Notes: a model not told the origin generated them from the sequence alone. A stretch of 64,000 nucleotides of DNA from Iphione sp. A-MEVVRFRX5 (GCA_976226885.1 OZ320316.1:50592001-50656000), one strand, 5' to 3'; shown: positions 12,501 to 27,500, numbered from the stretch's first letter. Program-made: numbers and translations.

Positions 12501-15500
12501 ACTACGTCTTCTCTCTAGTCGCTCGCACACAGAATGAAAGTGAATGGATCTTAAGAGAAAATAGTTAGTATGACAGCTAATTCTTTATTTTATTTCCTCT
12601 ATTCCCGTTTTCATTTCGTAAAACATGTACACATTAGCCCTTTTGAGTATTCATCATTACATTCAGTCTACATGTATCATACTGCATAGTTATATATATT
12701 ACCGAGTGGATTAGTAAATGTGTGATATACTAGAAATAATTTTGTCTACCAGAGGATAATCTTAAGGCTGGAGTACCATATATACATGTAGGTATGGTGC
12801 GTGTAGGCATGTTTACAGCATGTCTTTGGGGGGAAGAATGTTAACAGGAGGAGTGTGTCCGTGTAGGCATGGACTGTGTGCCGTGTAATATGTCTGCGTG
12901 TACCAAGATTCAAGATTCAACTGTTTATTGAGCCTTCAAAGTAATCTTTTCAGGAGATTTTCATGTGACACTCACAAATTACATACAGCATATAAGGTTT
13001 AACTTTGCCTAGATGATGTTTACATGTACATCCAATTTACCACCTCAGATCATATATTACATTGCCATTTACTGACACATATCATTTAAAGCTTCAACTC
13101 AAAACATTGTTTTCCCTACATCCACATATACATGTACATACATACACGATTGCATGGCAACCCAGCCTTAGAGGCTGTTGCTTCTCTTCAGGTGAGCTAC
13201 TGTTATACTTAGCCAGCATTCCATGGTGCGTGGGAGGGGGATAAGCTCCGCAATTATCAACGTTAGAGGGTTATGGGAAGATCGGGGCTCACCTGTTCAA
13301 CCTGCCAGTCTCCGCACCCAAACCCATAATAAAAGACCACTCACAATACCCTCATCGCGAGACATTTTAGATGCAGGCCGGTCTGTGCCTGCAATGTTGA
13401 AAGCATACTGGTTCATTCATAGCAGTCAAAAGTGAATATGGAGTACATGTTTGCTGGTTGTATCGATGAGAAAGTCTCAGTCAGGACTTTTTCCGATTTA
13501 TGCGAAGCTTCTTGAACAGAGCTACACTCACGTGACCTCTCGACAGCCATCCCACAACTCCTTCGCCCAAGCCAATAAATCTGTCGCTTCCAGACGTTTT
13601 CGCCGACTGGCGAGTGGTCAAGAAGGCCTGAGAGGGACATAGATCTGATTTGCTGGCGCTGAATGATGGTAGCTGACCCGCCTCAGGTAACGATGCACCT
13701 AAAGCCGCCATGACAAAGTTCACGTCTTGTTTGTTGAAATTGCACGCGACAGGAGAACCTGCCGTGGCTGCAGCGCCTCCGCGTGTGCATTTCTCTGTGG
13801 CGTTGATGGATCATAACATATAAATACATGTATAAAGAAACACACCTTTCCTAGGAAGTAATCAACAACTTTTCATGTTTGTCTATATGGCAACGATATA
13901 TGAGCAGGATTAGATTCTTGTTTCTGAAGCTTCCTGATACCTAACGCTTCTTGATGCCTGGATTTGTTGCCCGTTTGATGTTGTCTAGGAAATCTAAGGT
14001 CAGGCCCGGTCAACCCCTGGCCTCGCCCTCTGGTGGACCTGAAGCTAAAAATGACCAGATTGTTTAAACAGTAGAGCTCGCCCTCCCATCTCCGAGTGCC
14101 TCATATGCAGACCTTGCGGAGACCCCATCCCAGAAAGAAGGTCTCCATGCAGCTGTTTAGCAGCAGGGTGATTCCAGTCACCCACGTTGTCTACATGGGG
14201 GGTATATTCTGTAGAACACACTCAACTATGCCGCTTACCCGAGGTTATTTGTTGCATTTGTAATATGCTCTGAGAAGACGTTTATCTTCTTGATAAACCA
14301 CCTGGGGATAGACTCTGCATATGTAACCTTCTTTCTTCGGGTCTTCTTCTGTCGTGGCAAGAGCCAACCGCTACAGGGTGGTAGAAGTATACTGGATAGT
14401 GTTTTCATGGCTCTACGACCTCACACCCACATGGTACAGACGTTATTCCAAGCCTGCCTTTTGGCTGCTTTTTATGTGCTCATTCCTCAACTATTTTTAC
14501 TCCTCTATGTTATGTGACCAATGCCTTTGGACCTCATGCAATCCTTCACTGCTCGCGGTGGTTTATTGGAGGTGAAAGGTTTGTGCATTGAGTATTAAGT
14601 CAGTGTCGATTAAATGAAGGCGTAGGGCTATAACTCAGCTGACACGGCACTATCCGTCATGGAAAAAGTGAATGTTACAGGATCTATTATATGTTTACTT
14701 AACGTGATGAACGCAATACCTTCTTTTCTTACATCAGGACAGTGTAGTTTATATGTATCAATCTGAGTATGTTTGATCAGGTTTAAAATTCAATATCTTG
14801 TGAGCGGCCAACCTATAGATGTAGAGAAGAAACATGCCTACGGTTGCCACGTACTTGGCAGTCATGCCAGGTTACCATAGGAGCCTTTCTGCACTGGCAG
14901 GGACAATCGATCAGCATGATTGTTTTACACACACCTGGCAGGCTGGGTGACAACAAACGGCTGTTACCTCGCCGTAGTTATCCAATAATCCATCTCAGAG
15001 CTACAGTGTGGGCGGTCGCGACTTGGCTGCTCTTCCCAGTGCTCTCTGTCTATACTTCATGGTTACTATGCTGGCGCCAAAGGAGCTCAGTTAACTATAC
15101 ATCCCATGGGCGAAGAGGGTACACATGTCACTCCACACCACGCAAAATCTTCAAAGGCCAGTATTTATATCAATGTCGTTTTATTTTTACCCCCGCTCTT
15201 CGGCTTTGGTGGGCTTGTTGATAGTTGATGGAGTGTCAGTATGATCAGCAGAGTTTATTCAGACACCTACGACCAGCAGTGGATGAAGGTCAAGGACCTA
15301 GAGAATCCCCCTACGTCACCTTTCTACGTATGAAGCTACTCCTGTGTTCTGACCATGTATTATTTCCTCCTTGTAACGTCATGCATTGAAAGCCGTCTTC
15401 AGGTCATAGTAGAGACTCTTATGTATAGAGAATGGTAGGCACCGTAGAGAGGAGTAACACAGATGGGTTGCATAATGTTACTGCGTAAAATACGGTACAA

Positions 15501-18500
15501 AGCGAGAGGCGGGGTAGAGGTGTTGTCCTCTGTAAGGTGATGTATTACATGGGAAGAATACAAAAATCCGCGAATGATGGTCCTACTCGTTTGTAGATCA
15601 CGTATATCCCCAGCCGCGTCTCCAAACTGAGGCTTTTTTCTCCGCTCCCGGTGTAAGAAATTCCTGGCAGGCCCCTTTAATCATTGAGGGGTTCCATGGA
15701 TAAAGGCCAAAGAACGGCCAACATCCGACAGAGGGCACGTTTCCTACACCTTGGAGCTGCTCTATCTCACCTGAGAAGACGCATCTGCTCCCACCTGCTC
15801 CTATTGCTCATCATGCCATCCGCAGGTACTCTCTCGGACCCCCTGTTGAGAACACTTGCCGACAACCATGGTGCACACACCCAGATCCACTGGAGATGGT
15901 CTGTTAAGCACAGCGCTGAAATGATAAACGCTGCGTCCACTAACACAGGCTGTTTGTATATACCTGTTGTAATAGACATGCTGAACGCATTAGAAAACAG
16001 CGTGCGCGCATTCATAACTGGAACGATTCCATGTAAAGACAGTATAGCTTGTTCATCAAAACTAAACGTTCGCAGTATTGATGTTTTAACCGCGATTTCG
16101 TATCCAAATTCCGCTAGAGGGATGTAATCGGATTCTGTAAAAGGAAGTTGAGAAACTCTTTTCTATCGACAGGAATTATAGCTTATTTAAATCCAAATTC
16201 GATCGGTTATGTCTGATTTCGATTCATGCCTTGTACATTTGTACCGCCCTGAGATCCCTGTCATGTGCTTCCCTATAGACCTATCGCTATGTACCTGTAT
16301 TACGGTCCAGACTAATTTATGGATACATCTATGACAGAAAAGAACAGATTTACTAATGATCGAAAGTTTACTTCAATTTGACATAGATGGAATAGTCTGT
16401 GTTATCCAGCACTACCACAGCACCAAAGAGAAATCATTGATTTCCTTCTTATCGTGGAAAACAAAATAACGATCAAGCAATGCTGAAGCTTCTGTATCCA
16501 GGCAAAGTCCAAAGCATGAAATTATTGCTTATAGAGAGGAAAGGAAACGCCTCGACCTAGTAGCCTAACTTGTTCCCAACGCTAGTAGTTCATAGTGATA
16601 GTTTCTTCGACATCATCCACTCCAGCATCCATATGAGTCAAGGAAAGTTCCCCAACTTCAAAGCATCGCGATTTATTGAACAGAGATTCCCGTTCGAAGC
16701 CAGCCCATAGTTTTTATCTCCATACTCCTCCTCAGAATACGATTTGGCAGAATAGATTCAGTCTGCGTGTCCGAAGTTATTTGAGGCATTACTAGTTATA
16801 TGGGATGATAACCGGGGTAAAAGGAATGGGCCCAGCCGGGAATCGGTCTCCACTGGGCTGATCTACGATGCTTTAGTCGAGGTCTTGTTCACCAACTACG
16901 ATGGCGAAGGTGGACAGGCGTGTCCAGGTGAATCGAAAGCTCTTTGCCGTGAAGTAGTGGCGCCCCAAACTTCTTTAGGCTCGTTCATCGACAGACAGAG
17001 TTATGATCTATGGCTCAATTACCATCCCGATGGTACTACTCACAGCGAATGTATTTGGGGGCTGTGGGGTCGGGAAACCATATGGTTTCCATCGTTCATG
17101 CAGTCTGACGTCCGATCACGAAATATTCGCACTAAGCAATTCTCACTGAGAAAGCTAGCATTGAATGCATGCATTACATACACACGTACTATCTGTTAGT
17201 ATCTATAGAGGTAAATAAAGGTGAATTATGGCCTGTAGGTCACACATAGACCTTTGAGTAGATGGTTTTGTTTTCTCGAATGAACAATGTATTGAACACA
17301 TTTTTATCGGCCTCCTATTAAGCTACAACCCATAACCGTTCATCGGATGCAATATATTCATCTCGTACATTTATACAAGAGGGAGTGTCAGAAAGAGGAT
17401 ACTGAAGTTTTACATTGGTAACATTTCCCCCCAATGTTTGGACTACCTTTGATGACATCTTGTTTAAGTGGAACCCATCTATCTCCCAGTCTTCAAAGTG
17501 AACGTCAACATAGAACAAGAAGACCTACTGATCTTTCCTAAACGACCGAAAAAAACAGACTTCAGTGACAAACGTGAAGTCAAACGTGGAAGAAATACCT
17601 TCGTACAAAATATGAAAATGGTCTCGCCTAAAATACGTTCACTGGTGACTTTAGGGAAAAAGAAACCACACTTGGAAGCGATGTTGCTTGCAGGTTGTTT
17701 GCATTTAATACCACGCACATGTATTTATATATTGATTTGTATTTACACATGTACATGCATATTAAATTATCTGATTGAAATGATTACTTACGCCATACGC
17801 CTCAAACGTGTAGACTGTAATGTCTGTTGCAAGGGTCTGTGTTTTATCGTACCCTTTGGCGTAACCTCTGAAGGTTGTTTTATATTCCTCTGAGTGATCC
17901 AATCCCACTAGATGTCTAAAAGTGTGACCTTTCGTCTCCTATTTCGGTGAAAAGGGTGAAACAGCAATGGCGGTTGTATTGATAAGCTCTGAGAATATAC
18001 CCCAAGCGCGATGAAGGAAAACATTATTACCTCAAGTCGAAGCTTCTGCACAAAACAGCGTGCTTCCTTTTAAAAAATTATTTAATATGATGCAAGAGAT
18101 TTTTTTCGGTAAAAGCCAACTCATTGCTGACTGACATTTACCACCTGGTAGGTAGAGAAGAAGAGAGGCCTGTTATGGCTGGGGTTCTCCTGGCACCCGC
18201 TCCTGTCTGAGCAAATATTGGTGACAGGGAAAAGCTGGCACTCTGCTCAGAACTTGAGATTTAGGATGATCCTAACCAGCCTTTGAGTCTGAACTGTTGC
18301 GACCCAGCACACCCTTTCTTCTGTTTCGTAAAGCCCTGTTGTCAGGGTCAGTTGCATCGCACCCTCTTCTCCGGATATTTAAGAGGCCCATAACGACACG
18401 GAGCAGTTCTCAATCCCGGTATAGAATGTTTAGAAATAATGAAAACGTAGTCCCTTTTACAAACAGCGAACTTGGAATCTATTGGAGGAAAATTCACGTC

Positions 18501-21500
18501 AAAGAAATAAGCACGCCATGTGAACCTTGACAGTTATCATCGTCAATGTCTAAAACACGATCCAGTAGCCCCTATCATAGTGTGTAGGCATTATCACTAA
18601 AAGCCGGGTGTCTGCAAACGATCATCCCCGATGAAAGGCAAATTTACCCTGCTCGTGTGTATATTTGAACGTTTGAAACAGTGCTTAGCTGCATGCAGTG
18701 GCGCCCCCTTGCAGAGGACGTCAGGCGGTACGGCAGAGGAGGGGAAAAGGGTTTAGGTCACATTTGCCGGACTCACTCTGACGTGGCCCACGCGTACTTG
18801 ACGTGTCACACGTCCAAGAGTCCGCAGTATCGTCAGTGTTGCTGGTGACCCCGTAAGTACAAGGAGTCTACCTTTGACCTTTAGTCTGGCCCCGTGTCCC
18901 GCCAAGGTCGAGGTCAATGAACCTTGCCACACCGATCATGTTGGAGGATTCATCACACTTTCGTGGTATTTATATTTATGCTGCCATCAGTGCATGTATA
19001 ATTAATATGATTGAAGCCAATTATGAGCGATCTTCAAAATTCGACCATACCGAGTACTCTTCAAGTGAAGAAGGGGCCAAACGAATAGAATAGTGAGAAT
19101 TTCCATAAACTTTGCGGGTGAAGTGATTGTAACATTTTTAAAGTGAGCACTTTTTTGGTACGAATTTTGGATGGTGACTTTATTCAACTACTGTGATTGC
19201 AAAACGTCTGGTGACCGATGTGAACCGGACTCCATTCAATTACTGTAAACCCTTCATGCATCTGGCCTATGCATCAGTGTAGTTGGTGTTGCTTTTCTAT
19301 TCTTCTCAGCTCTCAAATACGTTAATCTAAAGCAGGGCTCTCCGGGTGCCCATGGCTTTCAGACGCTGGGGTCAAAGGAAGCGTAATATACATATCAACG
19401 TCGTGATAACATGCTACGTAGTTTCAGATGTCTTTCCCTGCTGGTAACTAGCCCCCCCCCCCCAGTAAGAGATGTGCTCTGAATCACGACTTTGATGTAT
19501 ACCTCTAACTTTAAAGATATTTTTGTGTCCACAAAGGTCATGTATAAACCGATTGAAAGAAACGACCAACAATCTTTGTGAAAGAACTTATTATGACTAA
19601 AATGCACGAAATGGGATGTCTCTAAGTACAGTTACTGCTCAGATAACATTAAAAGTCAAATATTAGAGGAACTCTCACCACAGTAGGCTAGTAGAAGATT
19701 ACTTCTTGGATCAGTTGTCTTGATCTGTATACCGGTACTTCATATGGGTACTTTACCTTTTTATCAGAAACAAAACTCATGGCAGAATGCATCTGATGGA
19801 CCTTGTCTCTCGATGATGTAACATCTATAGCAATTATGAGCATATGAAAGCTGCTGTTGTTGTTAGTTATTCAACTGTTCATGATCATTTCCGTTACCCC
19901 ACTTATATGCCTACTGTACCTCAACCCCGCGTCCCCCTGTCCTCGTCTGACTTCAGGTTTCCCCTCGGGTGATAGTGGCCCGCACGACGCGCGCGTCCTC
20001 TACCGGTAGTTCCATCTGGTTGTGATTCTGTGACGTCTCACGTCGGTCATCTATGTTTCCATAATTGAGGTTGTGTTGGAAGCGGACCGGAGATCTGCCA
20101 GCATGCCGAACCCATCAAGCCTCACGAAGGAGGAGGGGGAGAGGGAGGCAGGACGAACACACATACTTTCAGATTTTTATCATCTATTGAGACAAGAGGG
20201 CGTAGACCTCCAGTAATGTTTATTTATCTTTGTAAGGAAACGTTATTAAAAAGGATTTTGTGACTATTTCGGTAGATACAATTTACTGTAACTCGTCATT
20301 GGTAAATTTATGCCAAGGGAGTACTAATATAGACCTACGTGCTTGTTTTGAATCTTTCCCATTCACAAAAGGGAGTATTATTTCTAAGGCCAAGCTTTCT
20401 TGTGGACTGAAGGCTCTAAAACGTAAACACCTTTCTAGTGCAGGAGGGAAGAAAAATCCCATGAAACGCGTGAATAGATGATATCTAACGACATAGGCGC
20501 CGCTGAAATGCTTGTCTCCATTGGCAGAAATCATCGTCTCATCTTTTGGAAGTATACACGGCACATGTACAAAACCTGCTGCTCACCCGTGCTCAGGATG
20601 TTTCTACAGAATTGTAAATGCTGCCGCTTCTATGTCAGGGACATTCCCCGAGGTGCACTGGCTGACATTAGGGGGTGAGCTTTGAACTTCCGGTTAGTTC
20701 TTCTTATCGTCATCAGTCACTTTTTTCATTCATCATGTATGGCAAAATGTCTCCCCTTAACGTCTCCTAGCTTACTCACTACCGACTACACAGTTGGCCA
20801 CGTGACGTGCCTCAAGAGGAAAGCCGGAAGTGCAGAAATCTGATACTGGTCGTTCCGCTGAATGCGTTGAATGTGCATAGAGATACCATATGCACTTTCT
20901 CAACGGGAACAAAGTAGACGCTGAGCGACTCATTAAGGGGTCGTTTTTTCCTTACTCAGCCATTGGACGCAGTGATGTCAATATATTGCCTAACGGTGAT
21001 AGTGCTTATGAAAACTTTTCCCTTTTCTTTTCATGGACAAGAATTACGTGCCTTGTCACGAATGCTCCTAATTGAATGTTTCATAGATAGAGGTGGGAGT
21101 AGCACCCTTGAGGAAAATATTATGTCATTATCCAGGGCAGCATTTAGAAAACTATGTCATTTATAAAACGTATATCCACTAGCTTACTATATGGCAGCTC
21201 GCTGTGACTATTATGTTTCAAGTGAAACCGATTATCATGACAATGTTAAACTTGACACATACTTCAACAATACCCATTTTACATGCATTTTCCAATACGC
21301 TTCTACTGAATGGTTTCAGCAAACTTCACAGAGAGAACGACTTTTTTTTGCACGGGATCAAACAATAGTAGATGTGGCATCACATAGCGAAAGTAAAAGC
21401 AGATGTTTCCACTAGGTCGTTGTATAGGATAATTAGAAGTCAGGTTTATATTTCACATGACAAAACATTCATGCAGCAAATTAACTACGAAGTAAATGTG

Positions 21501-24500
21501 GAAGTTCTAAGCACCTTCGTTCGCATACTAATCTAATGATGATATATTTTATTTCATCTTTAACGTTCACCTTGAACAGGAACTTGAGGCCTTTGCTGAA
21601 CAGCTTATAAATACATGTAGGTCTACACGTATACGTGTGTTTTGGCCTACGTTCTGGGTGTCAGGAGACCTTAATACTGACGTGTAATAACCCATTTTAT
21701 GTCGGTCAGTATGAGCGTATTCCGTGCTTATCAGTCACAAGTAACCATCAATAGAAACGAACAACAAGAGGGGTAGTATGTCAGTCTATGCTTGACATCA
21801 GCCCGACTGGAAACACACAAAAATGTTTATGGTTCTAGCTAAGGGGCTTATTTATATAGCCTGCCCCACTAAGTGATTCCTTATCAGCTAATAGTACAAA
21901 TTCGGCCAAGTGTACTCCTCGAGCTACGTTTCATGGTAATAAAAGAAAGGGAAAGTGCCTATGTGGGAGAGGGGATTTATATTTCTGGTGGGTAAGAACA
22001 AACGTGCATGCGTCTCCTGGCAGTATTAATCCAAATAAGCGTTCTTTTAGGGCTATTCCACCAGGTGGCCAGCATCTTACTCTTCCATGGGGCGCCACAT
22101 ATGGATCTACCGTACTTGTCATTTGCGTCAGGGGATCAGTTTAAAGCAGACCTTTGCAGCTGATTACAGCCAGGGCATTGGTCGGTTTTTGCCTCCATTG
22201 TGTACAGTCTATAGATCTCCACGAATAACGCTCCTATTGTTACTTATTTCTACACTAGTCAGAAGGACGCTCCTTTTTCAGCTTTATTTACTCCTGCTGT
22301 TCTGGCTAGGATAGATTGATCCCTATGTTATGGCGACGCCCATGTCTCGTTAATTCCCAGACCAAAACTTCGCTTTTTTCACCCCATAGAAAAGCAAACA
22401 AACTATTCCCTTTTGTTTCCTGTAAACTTAAGTATACCCTCACATCCTCTCTCGTCATATTATGTCAAATCCAAAGCAGAATCTCAGCCAGAACGTAAAT
22501 TTTTATCTACAATGCTCTCCGGAGTAGATGTATTCAGTATGTGCTCTCCTTTCACGAATGGGTGTTTCGACAGAATAGTTAAAAAAGAGATGTACACATG
22601 ACTGACACATGTCTTCGTGTTAAACTCGTGATCCTAACCGGGCTAGAATATTCCTACCATGTCTTCACTGCTGCCCCCCCTTTCTTGTCTCTATAATCCC
22701 ATTCTGCACCTTTCCTCTCTTGAATTCTTGGAATCTCTATTAAGAAATGATATATTACTATGTATTGTTTTTCTGTCCAAGTTTCGTAATTCTGGCTATT
22801 AAATTCATTACCACGAGGCCTGCCCCTTTCGCTTTCATCCTCATATTGTGATATCTTCTTTAAATGATTCATATTGACGGGGCAGTAGTATCTGTGATGT
22901 TTACACACAATGATTCACCTTAGACATTCATCATGGGCTGAATAGTTTTAAGGCATTTATAAATTCAAAATATAGCAGGCTCTCCGCCGATGTTTATGGC
23001 AATTCATAGCTGAATTAAATACCTAATTTATTATACTATTACTGTCATCCTAACAGTTACCTTCATTTTTAATGTATGTTCGTTGGAAAGAACAAACAAG
23101 TGTTACGGTTGTTATTAGTCGTGTGGAAAGACTTGCAATAATTGGCACAACAATTTTGTCGCCCTGTCATTAGGAGCTTATTGTCACAGCTGTAAATGAC
23201 AGGAACAAAGCGAACGTGACAGGCTCATCGCAATTTGCCTCCGCTCGTTTATTGCATTTGATTAGCAGGAACTAAATTGCATGTTTACCATACCCCGGTG
23301 GCGGCTTTTTAGATCGGCACCATATGATGGTTTCTATAGCTCTCTTTACTCACTTGTCATTCGTACAACTCATTTAGAATAGAGGGAAAATGCAGAATAA
23401 ATGGAACCCGTGGTATATAACACCTATATTAGATTTGAATGTTAAACTCTTTCGGCCAAAATGATCCAAACTTAGAATCATTTACCCTCAATGATCAAAT
23501 CTATTTGAACTTAGGATTCAAATGGAAACGTATGTCTCCAACATCGCGTTTGTCCAGTCTTTTCACGATGTATCCAATATGGTATTTGCCACAATCCTGA
23601 CGTAAAAAACTATGCTTTTTTTCAGAGTTTCCGGAGGATACCCAAATATGTCCTGAGGAAAGTACTGATGACACATTAGGTAAGTGCTGTAAAGGAATTG
23701 TGCGGTTGAGTCGTGTGATATGAAAAATGGCCATTGTAACCACTTCAGTGCTTGCTATTTCCAGATGTTTTCTTGTTAAGTAAATGTTAAAATATATATG
23801 CCAGAAAGTACATAGCGTCTCTTAACTTGTTGAAGATGTTTTGTCTGCTGAGACTTTAAAATTCCTTGCGAGTTTCCCTCTGGCCAGTGACAAATGTTCT
23901 CGGTCATGGGGTTTCTCTTAAACGGGGATTCCTTCACAAAACTATACCGTGGCCCCCCAAAAAATGAGCTCTCGCCAAACACCCACGCAAGGATGCTTTT
24001 GACAGCGACACCTATTCTGTGAGCTGCCATTGCGGGAAGCGATGACAAGCGTACGGATCGGAATTCCACAGAATAAAGGTTCGTGTCCCCATCTAGTGAC
24101 AGTTTTGTGAAATGGAGACCGATCAGGTCACAGCGTGACAAGCAAATGATATTGATTTATTAAAGGACACGCGGCTTTGCCAAAACAGGTTGTGCGTATT
24201 GAGATTCAAGTATGTATGTAACCCACTACGTTGAAATCATTAGGGGTAGGACCAGAGCATATCTCATGAGAGGCTGTGAGATACAGGTTTGAAATGCTTG
24301 TAATGCCCTAGTAAATATTCTAGCTGGCAATTTGATCAAACAGATGTAAACATATTTCCCAGTTTGTTACGCTTTCTTGGTGTGTATTATTCACTCGAGA
24401 TATTAAAGGTGAAGATCCCACCAGTAAAATGTAGCCAAAGCATCGCCACAGCAGGTATAAATGTCTAATCACAAGTTACTCTTCAAAGGTCGGACCCAAA

Positions 24501-27500
24501 GCAGTTACAAATGTATAATGAGAATATGGTGATAGTTTTCTCAGAGATGTCAATGGGTATATATTTAGAGGAGTCTGCGTGACGCTGAGGCCTCCTGTTG
24601 GGGTGTTCCACACATGAAGCTGCATAGTATACATTGAGTATATACAATCAATCAGGAAACCCAGGGGGTCCAAATATATATATATACATGTATCAATTAA
24701 AACTGTGTTTTGAGTGAAATCATGCCCATTGGTTTGATATTGCCAAATGAAACTCCAAAAGACCAGAATGCTGAATGTAAAATTAGATACTTGTCATGGT
24801 ACTGTTTTGCTCGAGTCATTGTTTGAAGTTGTCTACTGAATGATGACTTCTATGGGGCTGTTCATATGTACCTGTATTTTTCTACATCTCCAGACTCATA
24901 GACATAGCTTTGAATATGTTCTATAGTTAATCAAGGAAACCATTCAGATGTACACATATCCATCTGTATCTGGATTTTTCTGTTTTCGGACCCGTAGACA
25001 TATTTTTCAAACCTTCCCAGGAAGCATTTTCTACCACTACAGGCATGTATCTCATAGATTTGGTTAACTTATTTGAGCAATTAAAATATGCCACAGCAGG
25101 AGAGTAGCTACATCTCCAGACCCGTAGACATATCTTTAATCCATGTATCATACATGTACATATGAGCAGCCCCTTACAGAGCAATGAAATTTTGCTAGCT
25201 AGTTTGGTCCGCCTCAGGACACCAATGTGTAAGTAGGATCTCTCGTAATGTATTAGTTACGTTGTCACCGCCAATATTCTGTTTGTTTAATTTGGCCTGA
25301 CAGTCAGTCCCCTGTCCATCCGTAGCTTCCTAGCGTCTCAAAGAACTTCCAAATGTCTCGATTCATATCCGACCAAAAAGGTGTCAAGTGAAGGTTTCAA
25401 GCTGTATCGGCGATATCCTGGGAAAGCTGAGATTATTGCTTATATTTGGGGTTCACTAACTTCAGATAGATGAAACTCCATGTCGATAAAAGGTCTGTTA
25501 ATAGTAGGAATATACTTAATAATTATCGGTATGAACGTGGACTAAGCTCCTGCCTCTGTGTGTTCTACCAAGTGAGTGGCCAGCCTGCTGTACCTCACCC
25601 CTTTATATATTGTTACTGTTGTCTTTGTAGCCATGGTGACCTCTTTTTATGTCTCACTATAGTCAGTAAGACAGGGGAAACAGCTTACTTAGGATATCTT
25701 TCACAAGATTACATGGTTTTGACGTTGTCTCATCAGTGCCAAGATATGTCGAATTTTTATTCTATATACTTACTAGAGAGATGTGTATGGGGAGGTCTTG
25801 TATTATTGACATTATCTGCCATATGGTAAAAGAAACATCTCCTGTCCTGAAGGGGGACAGGGGATACTTAATAATTATGTCCATCCCTGAATGTTAACGT
25901 TTACAATACACTAAACCTTAACATTAACAACATATAAACTAACGTTTACAGTATACTAAACATTGAACATTATAAGGCCAAGAAAAAAATAGCTGTGTTT
26001 CTGGTAACCCACCTCTACCTAGTAAAACCTCACCTTACCTAAAAATGTTTGTGCCCAAAGAGTTTCTAAGGCTGAATTTCCTTAGATATGTGTTCTTACG
26101 ACATATGTTTTTTGGTAAATTCAGTAGAAAAACAACAGAATCCATGGAAATTCACTAAAAAAACTATAAAACTCATATAAATTGATCAAAATTCTTGATA
26201 TTGTCTTTATTATTATTGAAAACCAGAGCAAAAAACTGGAGAAAAAATTTTTTTAAAAAGATACCCCCCTCCCTACCTAGATTTTTGGTTGGTCGTTATC
26301 AGAAACACACCTATTTTTTTGGCCTAAGTGGTGTAAGTAAAGTGAGTTCTTGAATTTACGCCAGAGAGTTATGGACAATAAGGGCCGATATCCATGTCAT
26401 ACATGAGCATGAATGTGCGCATGTATGCTTTGCATTTTTAATGAACACACTATAAGCAATGAGAGGATTGTCATGTATGTGCATATGTTTGTATGCGTGT
26501 CCATGTATTGCTCGTTTTTAAACAGAGCTGGTTACTTTCATGCACGTGCATGTAAACACACAAGTGGTGTATGGGACAGGGGCTTAGAGGCAAGTTTAGG
26601 ATAGCACCTAAAAGAGTAGAGAATCTTGCCCACGTCGCCCCCAAGTTTAGGATATGAGATCCATGTGTTAAATATTTACTTTGTATATCATAAGCAAAAA
26701 CCACACAGTCTACACAGTGTGGCACAAACTTTGGAGATTTCCAGAAAAAAAATGCACGTTTGGCACAAATTTCAGACCTTTGCATAAAAAATGCACATTC
26801 TACAGTTAACGATACTGAACCACCTTGAAACAATAATAGGAAAGGGTGCAACGCAAATGCAAGTAGTGGTCATTCCCTGTGTTCGTGTGGTGTTTGAGTC
26901 CATGAAGACGCAGTGCACATGCATACCCATGCATGCACACACATGGAAACTGGTCCTTAAACAGATTATTTTTGGAAGATTGGTACAGTGACAACAGGGA
27001 CAAAACCATGTCTTTGTCCCCTAATACACGTAAATAGATATACCAATTCAGAATACAACTAGGGAAAACAGAACGATGGGAACAAATGAAACTGATGATG
27101 AACAGATATGTATTCAAACATGTATGAATGTAGGTATAACCCCCCTGGACGAAAAGAGATAAACCATATGGGTTGAAAGTCGAGAAAGCCTTTAACTGTA
27201 CTCCATAAAAAAAGTTCTAAAAGAGTTGGGATCAAATGCCATAGTTGTTGTGGTACTGTATCTGCTTAAAATTGCATTCTTGACGATAGAGGAATAAACT
27301 GTCAAGTACATGGGTGTGAATTCGATTGTCATGAAAACGTTATCTAACTATTTATCCAAATAAGACTTCTTGTTCAATGACAGTAATTTCCAGTTGATAA
27401 CTAAAATCCACTTGAAAGTATCTAAGATATAAGAACATATATATAAGTTTAAAAGCATAGTTTACATTGACGGCACAATAGATCACTTTTCAAACCATAT

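Noticed and set aside
3143-17893. Longest track ORFs (3143, 15684, 17468; 141-149 aa)
   Set aside because: No domain signatures, intron-like composition, and lengths within chance range for 64 kb in six frames.
19957-20674. Alternative candidates for the second coding exon (19957-20005 and 20639-20674)
   Set aside because: They have weak sites or incompatible phase and no Cys. Exon 23626-23679 fits phase, motif and splice consensus much better.
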